In this document: in pieces, positions 34,943 through 47,875 of the stretch
How the letters are laid out: each line of letters starts with the position of its first letter
How positions within the stretch are numbered: position 1 is the first letter of the stretch
Assembly (NCBI RefSeq): GCF_964204645.1
Contig: NC_134026.1
Span: 21,300,150-21,364,149, forward strand
Source: Tubulanus polymorphus
Lineage: Eukaryota; Animalia; Nemertea
DNA length: 64,000 nt
Direction: 5' to 3'
Made by a program: the position numbers and the translations under genes
The notes under the pieces: model-generated
Told to the model about the DNA's origin: nothing
The model's input: the letters and a program-made list of their open reading frames with translations, nothing else
Database searches by the model: none

Positions 34943-37900
34943 TTATTGACGATGGCGTTATCTCCAGAGCCAAATTGTGGAACAAGACAATTTGGGTTGC
35001 TTCATATTTCAATATAGATAAGATAACATCGGCGAGGGCTAGTAAATTTTTATGTGCGCACATGATAAAGCTGTTTATAACTTTATGACAAAAATCCGCG
35101 GCTACATTTTCTCCTTCTTGGAAAGATAATATATTAGTTATATGAGGGTACTATTATATAGAGCGCTTATTCAGGTGGGCTAACATTCACAGAAACCAAA
35201 CCAAATAAACACCAATAAAAGCGGGCCACTCTTATTGAAATGCAGGAAATAGCTTGGCCCCATTTGGACAATAGCACCTTTTCACGACACTCAGTGATAA
35301 GTGGCTTCACCGTTGGATGATGTAGGGAGTGATTTGAATAAGAATCCGAGTCCGAACTGCCTATAGAATCTCGAAGCTGAAGAAGTCGTCCTACAGCCTA
35401 GCTACGTTGGTCGTGCATCGCTATAGCGCGCGCGCATCGCATCGCAACGTATCGTATACACTAACGCATGTGGAGTTAAATATGACCGGATAAAACTGGC
35501 GGATTGATGATGTACACTAGCCCTGTCGGAGTTGATATCATTGTTACGTAAGCACACGCCTAAGGATGTATAAATTTGTTTCATTTTGAGTCGGTATCAG
35601 GAAGCGGAGATTGTTTTTTTATTCACTTCTTGCATTTGTATCGACGAAATTTCGTGAACCTCGAATAAACCAGGGGAGAGCGAGGTAGAGTTGGAGGAGT
35701 ATATATCTTGTTGTTGGCGGCGCGATCGGAACTTCGCCTGCTTCGCCACCAGGCACATTTTAATGTATACCACCACCACCGACGCCACAACACCGCACAC
35801 TACTGCTCTACTCTCAGTTCTGCGAACTTTTATCAGCCGACGATTCACTGATCGGCGATTAAGTATAGATACATGATTTTCTATTGTTTCTACAAACGTA
35901 TGGTCGTTTAAAGTTAAAGCGTACGTACGCGGCGGTTTTTTTACACGCGGTGTGCATATCGTAATTCGACTTTTCGAATAATCGTATTGCCGGGACTACA
36001 ACTCTGACGAACGACGACGTTGACGCGCAGACGGCACACAATCGTCGACAGACTGCTAGAGAGAGAGAGAGAGACTGGATATTTACGCATAAACTAAGGA
36101 AGAACTCCTCCGAAGAAGAAGACGAAGAAACTGCGAAAGGATCTTTGTGTTTCTGATACTCGATCTCGCGGCTGGAAATACTACACCGGTTTATCGGTGT
36201 TGCTCTCGGATTGCGGCATTTTTTTCGCAGATATATTTTTTCCTGGCTCGTCATCATCGTTGTACGGAGGGAAAAATTGACGACAACGCGAAACGGTCGC
36301 GATATAGGAGTTGAACGGCAGAAATATACGCAGGTAATATCTTAAGAAAGAACAATCATGAGCGATATTATATATATATTTTGGTCGTATTATGTAAATT
36401 CGAGTTCCGCGTCGCCCATGTTTTATCGGCGCTGGTATATTCGTTGCATGTAGCAACTAACGCATTTATCTGTGTTTCTGAGATAAGGTTCAATATAAAA
36501 CACCTTTTTAAGGCTGATAACTAACCTCAAGGTATTGTGCATAGTCTCCCGACGACTAAATTTGATGTAGAGCACGTGGAAAACTGTGAATGTTGGATAA
36601 TATATTCTTCGAAATACGTAGAAGAGTTGGGAAATTTCATTTTTTACGCTGAAAGTTTCTTTTTTCGTGCGTGTAAATACGATCCAAGTCGGCTTGATCA
36701 TAGGGTTGTTTATGCGAGAATCTGAAAGTTTCAGAAATTGCGATGTTTCCTCTGGTGCAGATATCTGTTTGAATCGTAGTTCCTATCAGCGAATGTCTTT
36801 GAATTGGGATGACTCAATGAATGACTCGGAATAAAAATGTATTTTTTTAGAAATGTCTTAGATTAACCCGTAGATATAAATCGCTAATTCTAATTGAATA
36901 GAGATGTAATATGTAGACATAGCGCTATATCAGAAAATAGACTATTATCATTATAATTATTATATTGATAATTATAATTATTATGATAATATTTATTATT
37001 ATTAATCTATCGGCTTTGAATTTTGCAAGTCTTTGAAAGCCTTTGAGTCAGTTGGTCTGCTGGTTTGGTTTCGGAAGCGAATGCAGAAAATTCTTAGAAA
37101 TTTGCGTAAAGTTTTCTCTATAATTTGAATTGGAGACAGATTGCAAATGAGATACCTGATATATGAATCCTCGAATTAGGTCGTTTTAGGGTCCATGATT
37201 AGACCGAGTGTTATTTCTTATTGTACGTGAGTAACTTAGGGATTACTCAGGGCTACATTCATAAGAAAGAGCTATCGAACAACGCCGTAAATAATTGGGT
37301 TCATTGATCTTCTGGGGCTTGAACAATTCATTGACCGTTAAGGATCCGTATAGGAAAATGATTGTGGGGTTGACTGAATTCGGGGTTAGTTAAGTTTTAA
37401 TTGGGTGAAATTCTAACAATGCTGAATGGATGTATTTAGGGGATCTTCAGAAATTATCTTCGATTCATAGTTAATGGATACATCTTTAAAATCGGAGTTG
37501 GTTATGTCATCTGCGTTCGAGGGGCAAATATTTTAGATTGCATAATTTCACGTAGCTTTTCGGATATGGTCGATAATTGTAATCCCGTCATATCTCTTTT
37601 TCCACTCATCGATATTCTGAATATCTATTAAGATTTTCGCGCATGTCGAAATTGATTACGAAACTGCTATATCGGACTTTTTCGCGGGTCTATCTCTGTG
37701 TTGTCTTAAAACCGTTAAGGGGTGTTCCGCGGCGAATATTGTTAACTTTTTAAAAGGGATTGTCGACACGGCGAAGTTTGAATTTTGGAACAGGTTACGT
37801 TATGAATCACGATATCCGTATTATGAATCACCCCTTCGTATAGGAACAGTCTATAAGGTGTATCTATTTTGATACCTTTTCTCACCTCACCCACTTGTTG

Positions 37901-38227
37901 CGTGTATCTATTTCTGCCGCGTGTTTCGTTTCCGGGAAGGTTTTTTTTTCGATTTCAATCCAAACTATGCCGAATAAACGTTGACATTTTGAATATTCTA
38001 TTAAGGCGTTCGTTAAATTCATGCAATCGCGTGTGTAATCATCGGAGAATACGATTTGAATATTTCTACTATGTGAACTTTAGAAGGAAACAGGAAATGG
38101 GCCAGTGGTATTGTCTAGCAAAAGATTGAATTTTCATTAGGCTCTGGCTATAAGAGTATTCCTATAGCTGAAGTTTGGTAGCGCGAAGTTCGATGAAGTC
38201 TCTTGAGAAAGCTATTCTGAGAGGAAT

Positions 38228-38449
38228 CAGAGATGCCAACTGTTCCTGATTTTCAGTATTTGTTACTATATTATAACGAGGAATACTGATTTGATTTGTT
38301 TGATGCATACAGAAGTACGAAAGATGTTACTGACTGACGAGAGGGTCTCTTACTGTTGATTACTGATTATTTGAACATTTTCTATGATATTACAATGAAA
38401 CGTTACTGAAAGAATTCAATTTGTTACTGATCACAGGTTGGCGGCCCTG
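38228..38449. mobile_element. hAT-like MITE (CAGRGxTGCCAAC termini)
   Basis: cagagatgccaac ... gttggcggccctg; repeated ttactga subterminal motif; no TSD seen. Confidence 0.55.
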
Positions 38450-41086
38450 ACAATTCTGCTGATTTATCATATGATTAAAACAATGTTCTCAACAAGGCGG
38501 GGTTGCGTAGATCGTAGACGTATTTTCATCAGTATCTAAGTAATTATTGCGTGTATATATTCACAAATATGATCAAATTCGCGGTTGGTGTCATCAACGA
38601 TAGACAAACATGTTGATTAGAAAATAACTTGTCAAGGATACCATAGAAAAACCGCCATTTATGTATAACATTTGTTTTTCTAATTTAACCTGTTTTCAGA
38701 GCAGTATGATTTCATGATTGAATGTTGTGTAGGAGATTTAGTAAATCTTACGTAACCGAAGGAGATATGCCTATTGTAAATTGATACGGAGGTGGGAAAA
38801 ATTTAAGGCGATGAAAGATTTATACGATAATTGTTTGATTATACCTCTTCCTCTTGTCATAGTTTCGAATAAGACAAATGATAAACTTTGCTTTTCCCGA
38901 AGAAAAAATGTTTCTTCTTTCTTTGAGAAGGCATCATCAATATCTAAATCGAATGCGTTTAGGTGTATGAAATTTCGAAATTTTCAATGTCTAACGCGGC
39001 GGAACTCGGCGCTATTTCTCTGCAAGAGTTCATCGCGTGCATTTTGTAAGCAATTTCCATCCGCAAATCTACCGTAAACATTCTGGAACGGACTCCGAAA
39101 TCGGGAATCGCGCCCTCATCCTCCGCTTTTGTGCGCACGGTTGATTGATTTTCCGTAAACCAATGACCCCGACTCAAATGAGAAAAACAATTCCTCGTTA
39201 TAGTCGGGGGGGGGGGGGGGCGGTTTCAATTGTTCCTGCGCGTTACAACAGTTGTCTAAGTCGACCTATAGTTTATACCTGAAGGAGTGGAACTGAAGAT
39301 GCTAGTGGTTGGCTTACACTAGTCTTAAATGCCACCCGAGAAACAGCAGCGTGTGAGTGAGTGTGTGTGTATATGCGCGTGTAGGTATTCTCTTTCGCAT
39401 CTGCCATTAAAAGTATCACAGGGTTTAACGGTAAATTGGCGCGATTCGCTTTCGTTCACGTACCTTTCAAGCGCATTCCGATGTTAGAAGCCTTTTACTC
39501 CTCAGCGAGCGGGAGTTGATAAATAGTTTTTTACCGAAAAAGCCGAGGTCGTGTTTTCAGTTTCTTCATCGTCCGAATGGAGACTTCAGAATGCTTCAAT
39601 CAGACTTTTTTTCTGAGAACCACAGAATCTTATTTTTGTACATGTCACGTTTGTTTTCTTTTAGTCAAATTGACTTGAAAGGAATCGTCAGTGTTTTTTA
39701 GTGGAACTGTAGAACTAAACCGGGGGGGGGGGGGAATAAGGAGAAACTGTGCTATTCAAAGAAGGCCGTACTTATACGTCATCGTTAAATCTGATAATTC
39801 GCCTGCAATGACTCCCAACTTTCACCGTTGAAAATGCTTGCGAAGTCACCATTTCTGATATAGGAAATGGGTGTGAGAAAAATTCTTGTAGGGAAACTTT
39901 TTCACATCTTTAATCTTACTTGAATTCATGAATGACCTGTTGCTAAAGGTCAAGCCTGTTCGCGAGCGAAACTGGAAAATCGAAATGAAAATGATATCGT
40001 CAGTTCTTGTCAATCGGGGATTTTTGTTTTAATCAATTTGTTTGAGAAACGCGTACGCAGAATTTATTAACCGCATTCTTTATTCGACGGCAGAACCCTA
40101 GACGCAAGTTAGCCACAAAGTTTCATTTCATGTCGTTTCTTCCTACGCCAATTGATTTTCGATCCATGTATTAGAAAAGTCCTCTCGACTAAGATATGTT
40201 TCGCTGTGGTTTTTCATTACCTTGCATCTTAATCTAACAATATCTCTTATCATAAACGCTTACTATGTCATTAGAAAAATCACCTCAGAATCGCTGCGCT
40301 CAATTTCGCGAGTGTTGTGGGTGAAATTATTCTACAAGTTCATATGTGGCGCGGTCCGGCAATGCTCCTCCGGAAAATTTTGAAAAATTAGATGCATTCC
40401 GAGCACTTTCCTGGTTGAAATTAGTAATGAAATATGTTCACAATTTCACCATTTTCTTAACAAGAAGTCTTGGCTAGAAAATTCCATGGTCACTTGGGGG
40501 GTGCGCACGCCCTTAATCCGCCACTGAAGTTCTTTCAATGCCAAAACTAGACACTTTTACCGAAATTACTGAAATTTAAAACGGCGAGGAATACGATCGA
40601 TGAATTTCAGGCGAATATCGGAATGTTAGTTCGCCGGTTGCTAAAATGGCCGACTGTCTTTGTACACGATCCATTAGGCGGCATTATCGACATACCCGAT
40701 ACGCCCAGGTTTATCAGGCGTCGATTCGTTTAAGTTGCGAGAAACTCAAATCTGATGAATTTTTCAATTTATGCTCTCGTTGTCGTCGTCGTCTTCATCG
40801 CGTGTGCACGGCATTTACAGTTTTCAAAATTGAATAGATTTTTCTCGACTCACTCTCTCTTTTTGAGTATCGGTATTCGGTTTTTAGAGAAAACCACTTA
40901 GCAGCGGGAATTATAACCAGTGAAAACGGTTCTCCCTCTCTCGTGTTATCCAGTCATTAATATCGTCCATCGTCGGCGCCGTGTGAAAACGTAACGCGAC
41001 GCGATTTTCTTTTCATATTTCCATCGACTTTTGAATCAAATGAAAAAAAAGAATATGAAATTTTTGAAGGATTTTAGATTATTTAT

Positions 41087-41378
41087 CAGGTTGGCCGCTT
41101 ACCTGGAAATCGGGGGATAAGTTAGGGAATTTTCTTGTCTTTAAAAAAGGCAGGGTGTCGGGGAAATTTGTAAAAGAAGCTAAGAAAAATCAGCGAAAGT
41201 CAAGGAAATTTGTAGGGATTGCTAGATCGCGTACAAAATCAAACAGTTTCCGTCTATGTCTCTGCATTAACTTGATTATGTTAATCTTTTGGAGTCTTAA
41301 CAGATCAAGTCAGGGAAAACAATGTGCATGTCGGGGAATAGTCGGGGATAAAGCAGTCAAATAAAACTGGTCACCCTG
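41087..41378 (+). mobile_element. hAT-like MITE family B, 5-bp TSD
   Basis: TTTAT-caggttggcc ... ggtcaccctg-TTTAT. Confidence 0.7.
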
Positions 41379-42559
41379 TTTATCGGCCTTTCTCTTCGCT
41401 ATTACAGAACAATGCTGTAAGGGGACTGGTACCAAGGCCCCATCTTTTTTTTCATGTGATTGAAAATATGCATCTTAATCTAATGTCCCCGATTCACAGG
41501 TGGTTTTTATCCCCGAATATGCGTGAAAAATGAATCGGTATCTGAATTTTTTCTAATGCCACATCCTTGCAAATATTCTTGAATATCCCGGAGGTTGGCA
41601 GTAATATGTCTATCATTCACCTTTTCTATTCGGATGGTAAGAATCTTGGCCTCGGTTTAAGACATTAGGACAAGTGCTCAATAGGTAAAAGCCTGTATCC
41701 TTCCTCCAATATGAATGGCATTATACTCATCTTCGCGAAATTGCAATTTTTTCTTATAGACATGCATCAGTTGTGTTTGATATGTGTCTGTCTAATCAGA
41801 GCGTTGATTTACTATTCGTGTATGTACAGACAGCTAGGTGTTTAGATAATTGAGTTTCGTTGCCTATTGTTGTTGTAAACGTAATCATAACCGATCATAG
41901 TAAACCTGTCATTTAGCTGGGGTAGACGCTGCTGCTGCGGCGCGCGAGAAATATTACTCGCGCTGGTTTCCGCCGTGAATACCTGACAAGATGCCGGTAA
42001 AGAATCTCGCAAATTTGTTTCATTAACTTTTAGCCATCTTGATTGAATGGATTGTTAGTAGTGAATAGTTGACTAATGAGCTAAGCCCTCTTCGCATAGA
42101 AGGCGAACCTTTGGCCTTTAAAACTGCTCCGAAGTCGTGCTGGTGCATTCGCGCCTAGATTAAGCGCGGCGTAACTTGTTCTGCGTTCGGTTTTCTTCGC
42201 GGAGAAGTCGACGGTTTCTTAAGTGCATCCCGTTCGTTTTTCGGTTACGTCAACCGTTTCTTGTGAAATTCCGTATGCTGGGCGAGGTTATAATACTAAA
42301 CAAACGTACAGTTTGAGTTTAGTTTATTTGACAAACTGAATGTCTTCAATTTAGACAGTATGAGTGAAAAGTACAATATACAAAATAACATAGCAGCACA
42401 CAAATATTTTATCAATTTTTTCTTATGAAAATACATAAGTTATACAGCAGTCTGATGTTTCTTGTCTATGCTGAAGCTGTAGTTCATGGGCATTGTATTG
42501 TTTTCTAAGTCGTAAGAGGGCTTTCGTAAGGTAAATTATTGTTCAGGTAATTTACGCGA

Positions 42560-42865
42560 GTGGTGTAGGCTGGGTTCAGACCCCTTGCATTACCATGTGT
42601 CCTCGGGCAAGACACTTATCCTCATTGCCTCTCCTCGCCCAGGAGTAAATGGGAACCTGGCCTGATAGATGATGCCTGAGCCCCTAGTAGTTGCTCGGAT
42701 GTTACTTCTTCGCAGGGAAAGATGACTGATGGAATAGAGTAATAGGCTGGTTGTAATAATACTACTAAATTTGGAGCGCCTTCGAAACTGACTGGTTAGG
42801 ATACGTGCGCTTTATAAATGGCAATTATTATTATTATCATTATTATTATTATTATTATTATTATA
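42560..42865 (+). mobile_element. tRNA-derived SINE with conserved central domain and (TAT)n tail
   Basis: B-box-like gggttcagaccc; gtgtcctcgggcaagacactt...cccaggagtaaatggg core seen in CORE/V/Meta-type SINEs; gcgctttataaat 3' end followed by (TAT)n. Confidence 0.75.
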
Positions 42866-43362
42866 TTTTCCAAATGATTATCCTTAGCTCTTCAAATTCC
42901 ATATTTATTCCAACCATATTTACTATACTCCCAAAACGTAATAGTAGTAGTAGTAACTTTAGTAGTAAACGAGTATGTTCTATTGCATGAATTGATTATT
43001 ATGAAGAGCTATCAACCTGAATGTGTTTACAACAGTCTCCTCGAGCCAGCTGTCATGTACATTTAAAAAAACTTGAAAATTTACTACTTTAATTTTAGCA
43101 TAGAGTATGTGTACATATTATATATCATCGGTTTTCCAGTGAATCCAAAACCCTGCATTGATGAGACCAGGGATAAGTAACACAGTCGGGGCTTAGATAT
43201 AAGACCACCATGTGGCCAACCTAACTACATTAGTCTTTAGGACTAAGTCCTTTTTTCAAACTTAGTTTTTACTGTATGACGCAGTTGTAGTAGTACTTAC
43301 AAGGTCAAGGTCAGACCAGAGTACCTGATTAAGTGAATACAATATGGTACGGTGGCTGACTG

Positions 43363-43500
43363 CATCCTACCTTGGCATGCGATTCGAACCTGATGGCATT
43401 GCTAGATTCAGCCATGGCACGAAACCCTGCTTCACTAAGACAGAGTGCGCAGATAAAACAGCATTTCTGATTGGCTAATAATGACATCATCTAAGCTGCG
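43363..43500. mobile_element. Palindromic tRNA-like repeat family, copy 2 (deleted)
   Basis: gattcgaacctgatggcat...cagccatggcacgaaaccctgc...gtgcgcagata...ctgattggctaataatgacatcatctaagctg matches copy 1. Confidence 0.7.
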
Positions 43501-43631
43501 CACTTGGGCTCATGTAAGACCAATGGCCAGTGCACCTCGCTCGGCACTTGGGCTCATGTAAGACCAATGGCCAGTGCACCTCGCTCGGCACTTGGGCTCA
43601 TGTAAGACCAATGGCCAGTGCACCTCGCTCG
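43501..43631. repeat. Perfect 44-bp tandem repeat, 3 copies
   Basis: cacttgggctcatgtaagaccaatggccagtgcacctcgctcgg at 43501, 43545 and 43589. Confidence 0.95.
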
Positions 43632-45122
43632 CCAAGTCTTGTTATTTTGTTGGTCGCCACCGTTTTTTTCATACGCACGAGAGCCGTGTATACGATATAT
43701 TATGTAAATATATAAAGGTGTTTTTTTTTTGTACACAAGTAATTGAACTTCGTCGCGAGTATACTTGCGCGGCTTGAATTACCTTTTGAACTGCACTCCA
43801 GCGAACATTACCCAATAATCCTGTGGGAATTTGAGCCCTGTACAAATTGTACAACCGTTTACGGGTCGGAAACGTGTATAAGCCTGGGATTTCGTTCTTT
43901 TCCTTTTTTTTTAGCCGCGAAAACTGGAGTATCGAATAATTGCAATTTCATGTCGTTAAAGATTACGAGTTGTATATAAGTTAATGTATATGGAAGAAAT
44001 TATGTTTTTCTATTACTATATACCGCAATTAGAATTTATGCGATATATGCTTAAGGGCAGGCAGCCAGACAGGCAGTGAATGCCCTGTGATGCAGGTCAT
44101 TTCTGCCCATTTCAAATTATTCATTTTCACTGTTTTGATTCGCGTGTTTTGCATTTTCTTTCATTTCCTTATGAATCTTGCCCTGGCGTTATAGTCAGTA
44201 TAGAATATGCCATCCGCTGTTACATTTCCAAGTCAACGGTGTCCTGCTGAGATGACATTGACCACAATTTCAGCCACAGCTGCAGGTTATGCGATGATTT
44301 TAAGGTAACCAACGAGTGGGTATTTGTTTGTTTTAAGGGTGTCAATATTGGCAATCGGAGTCGATGGCTGTGCCCGAGCGTTCCATTTAGCTATTTACAA
44401 GCGAGACCCAGTTACGACCAAACCGTTTTCTTGCTAGTATTAGATATAAGCCAACGATCTCCGAACCACACCCTCGTCGTTCATCGCTGATTGTTTTAGA
44501 TACGCGATCATCGTAGATTCAATCGCGATGATTGCTGCTCTACATGCAATTCGAAACGATACCCGAGCCGCGCTCTCGAAAAATAGAAACAATTCTTCCG
44601 AACTAACGTACGTACGTACAATGATATCAAAGTAATCGAAACCAGCAATGCCCAGTTCTTTCTCGTGATGATAAGAAAAATATCGTTTTTTTAGGACATA
44701 TCTCGGATAATGCCACATGGAATTAGTTTCAGCATCGTATTGTTTGCTGTGATTCAATTAATTTTGCTTTTGTTCGGGGACCGCTGTTGTTAGATCTACG
44801 AACCACTGCGAGCTCAGTGGGATACTCGAGTGCTTGGTATAGTTTTTTGCTTATCGTAGTATTTGTAAATGTGTTCCGCCGCATTCTCGGAATTGCAGTT
44901 ACGCGAATGAAGTATATAGATCTTGTGTTCAATCGTATCGGGCGGAAAAGGAACTAGACCAGGAGCTGAGGAACGCGGAGGATTTTTCGTCACAGGTGGC
45001 ATGAGGTTTGATTTTAGGTACTATGTTCGATAATAATGCAAGGGCACTATTGCTAGACCAAAATCTGTGACTTTGACTATCAAGGGACCACGGACTCATA
45101 CTCCAAAATACTTTGAATTATG

Positions 45123-45160
<38 letters not shown>

Positions 45161-45750
45161 GATCCAGCGGGTGAATTTGAATTTATATTCCCGGGCCCGG
45201 GTTTTATAGGCCCCTTGTACTTTAACCCGGGGGCTAACGAGATTGAAAATGAATTAAGTAAGCCTTTGGGTTAAAGGTTATTAGACTATTAGAGTCAGTA
45301 AAGTTACTAGAGTCAGCCCCTAGATATTGAGACCCAAGAGAATTTTGAAAAATGACTCGTTTTCCATTCAAACCCATCACACCTGCCAGGAACGAAACGT
45401 ACACATTTAAAAAAAGTAAGGGTGTTAAAACCGAGTTAAATATAACAATTTATTTGATGGAGGGTTAAACAGTTTTATACTTGAATACGCTTACGTTATG
45501 AATTCTGCTGCTTTGCCCGGGTAAACGCTCGGATCCTCCTCACAAAAGAAGCGATTGTATAAATAAAGGTAATACGCAAAAGCCGCGCAGCCTGGATCAA
45601 AGATGAACGTAGCGGGTTTTATGGTAAACGCGGGCGCCATTGATAGAGCCCGCCTTTAATGCGCAATGTAAGCTTCATAAAAGATTTGTTTCCGTTGTTG
45701 AACATTTTTAGATGAATAATTAAGATGCTATATAGTACTACACTACGTTC

Positions 45751-45853
<103 letters not shown>

Positions 45854-47618
45854 GTTTACACGCCTAAGCGCTGGTCTCTGACTTCCAGGGCTTTGAAAGA
45901 ACGAACATGCAACATATTTGAATAATAGGATATTTTGCATCTCGTATGCAGGCAACAACAAAGAATATTTCCAAGGCACTCTTAAACTGTTCAGACGCAA
46001 TGATAAAAATAAATTCAAAATTGTCTTATATCGGCTCTCTTAAGCAACTCAGACACAACGCTGAAAACAAATTCAAATTTGTATTATATCAGCATATCAG
46101 CTTTAAGTTTAGCGATTCTGGAGGTGGGGGTTTCTGTTTTGCTAGGAATTTTTTTCCACAAGCTGAAAAAAACTAGTGAAAAACTCAAGGACTCACTGGT
46201 GCAATTTAAAGGTGATAGCAACACCAATTCGTCATTTGTTTTTTCAAGTTCATTGCAACCAAATCTACATATGATTTTGTTCTTCGGGAATTTTCCATGA
46301 CTATCGCGATTCTTATGTCCGCGTTCAGTGCCCGACCCTGGGAAATGTGAATCATAGCTCTAGAGGATATAGACATAGTAGAGAAGCGCATGCGTTATGT
46401 TCGGGCCATTCAGATCGTAAAAAAAATCATTTGTTTCCGGCCGAGGGCACATTATTCAACTGACAATAGATCCTATTATCAAATTTGAATACGAAAAAAA
46501 GAACTCAACAGACTATAGTCGCCAAAAAATAATCTCCGGGACATTTTTCATGTAGATTCTTTTTTTTTAAAGAGGGAAAACGTTTTGCCGCCAATATATA
46601 AACTTTTGAACTTGGAAGTAGTTCAAGTAATGTCACAAATGGTTTGATGCGGGATAGATCAGGTTTTGTATTAGAGATGAAATAAGATATACACTATTGC
46701 ATGGCTGTAAAGAAGGATGAGTTTGCACACTCAGGTTATGTATCACCGTTATGTAATGAACTATACAAATATTTGTGGATAATTGAAATAGACATTGCAT
46801 GGTACTGAAACCCTCTTGAAATGACCTGTAATCCCTAAATCCTGTAGGTGCGTAGTGCCAGGCGAGTGACCCCCTAGTCGGAATCATTGAGCATAATCTT
46901 AAATCGGCGTTGAAGACGTCAATACGATGCTTGACAATGCCTTCTGTGGTACCTGGGAAGGTGTACATTGTGCGCCGTTCAGGGGCGAATTCGTTAATTT
47001 TCAACCTATGGATAATACGGATAATTCTCGCTTGCATAATACGCAATCATCGTTCGACACCTTCGCTGAGCTTTGTTTCCAGAGGCCGATGTGATATTGA
47101 AATCGATGATAACTCCGGTAGTCGTCGCGCGAGTTCAATAAACTATAGACAAGTCTGTAACTGAACTGACAAACGAGGCTTACATATATACATATATACA
47201 AAATCTTCCGCTGTCTTGTAACCTTATAAGGTATGCGTTTGTAAATGCGGTATTGTTCGGTTCTTGTGATAAGTTCTTATTGGCGCCTGCCATTAACCGA
47301 AGATTCAACTCGTCCAGAGACATTGTTGTCGACTCGTCGTTGTCGTCATTGTTGAAATTGATAAATATTTGACGTATTGAGCACAAGGGTGGCCGGTACA
47401 GTAATTTTTCAACAATTCGAATCCCCTGAAACATTAATTTTGTTAAGTTCCTCGGTATAAAAGGATCGCTTTATAATTCTCCTTCATAAAGCATTGACTG
47501 ATGTGTATATAACAAGTCGCACATTGTTTTGTTGACTTATATAGACATTTTATCATTGTTGGTCTGCCAGCTTCGACTTCTGCAAAAAAATCTACTACAA
47601 AAAAATCTTGTTTCTGCC

Positions 47619-47875
47619 ATCCTCCCCAGGAAGGGATTTGAACCTGATGGCATCACTAGACCTGCCACATTACGAAACCCTGCCACACTAGCCCACGTGC
47701 GTAGGGTAGATAGTCATTATCAGCCAGTCAAAAATCCTGTTGAGTTTTAGCCCAGGTTTTGCGAGTGATAGTTTTTCCGTGAATTTGCCTCAGCGATTAC
47801 ACAACGGAGAATCTGATTTTCTTGCGGCAAAGCTGCGCACCGGGTCGAGTGTGGCAGAGTTTCGTGTTGCAGAGA
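47619..47875. mobile_element. Palindromic tRNA-like repeat family, copy 3
   Basis: atcctccccaggaagggatttgaacctgatggcatc; acgaaaccctgccacact inverted as agtgtggcagagtttcgt. Confidence 0.7.

Noticed and set aside
34719-35063. (ER)n and (LS)n ORFs; similarly (HT)n/(VC)n near 27600 and (IY)n near 45800
   Set aside because: Dinucleotide microsatellite artefacts
43501-43631. CRISPR-like array
   Set aside because: Head-to-tail repeats with no spacers, no cas genes, eukaryotic context
46633-47046. LINE reverse-transcriptase remnant (FQEGFSTMQCLFQL resembles the GFRxGxST region)
   Set aside because: The expected downstream DxxKAFD motif is absent; similarity too short to support
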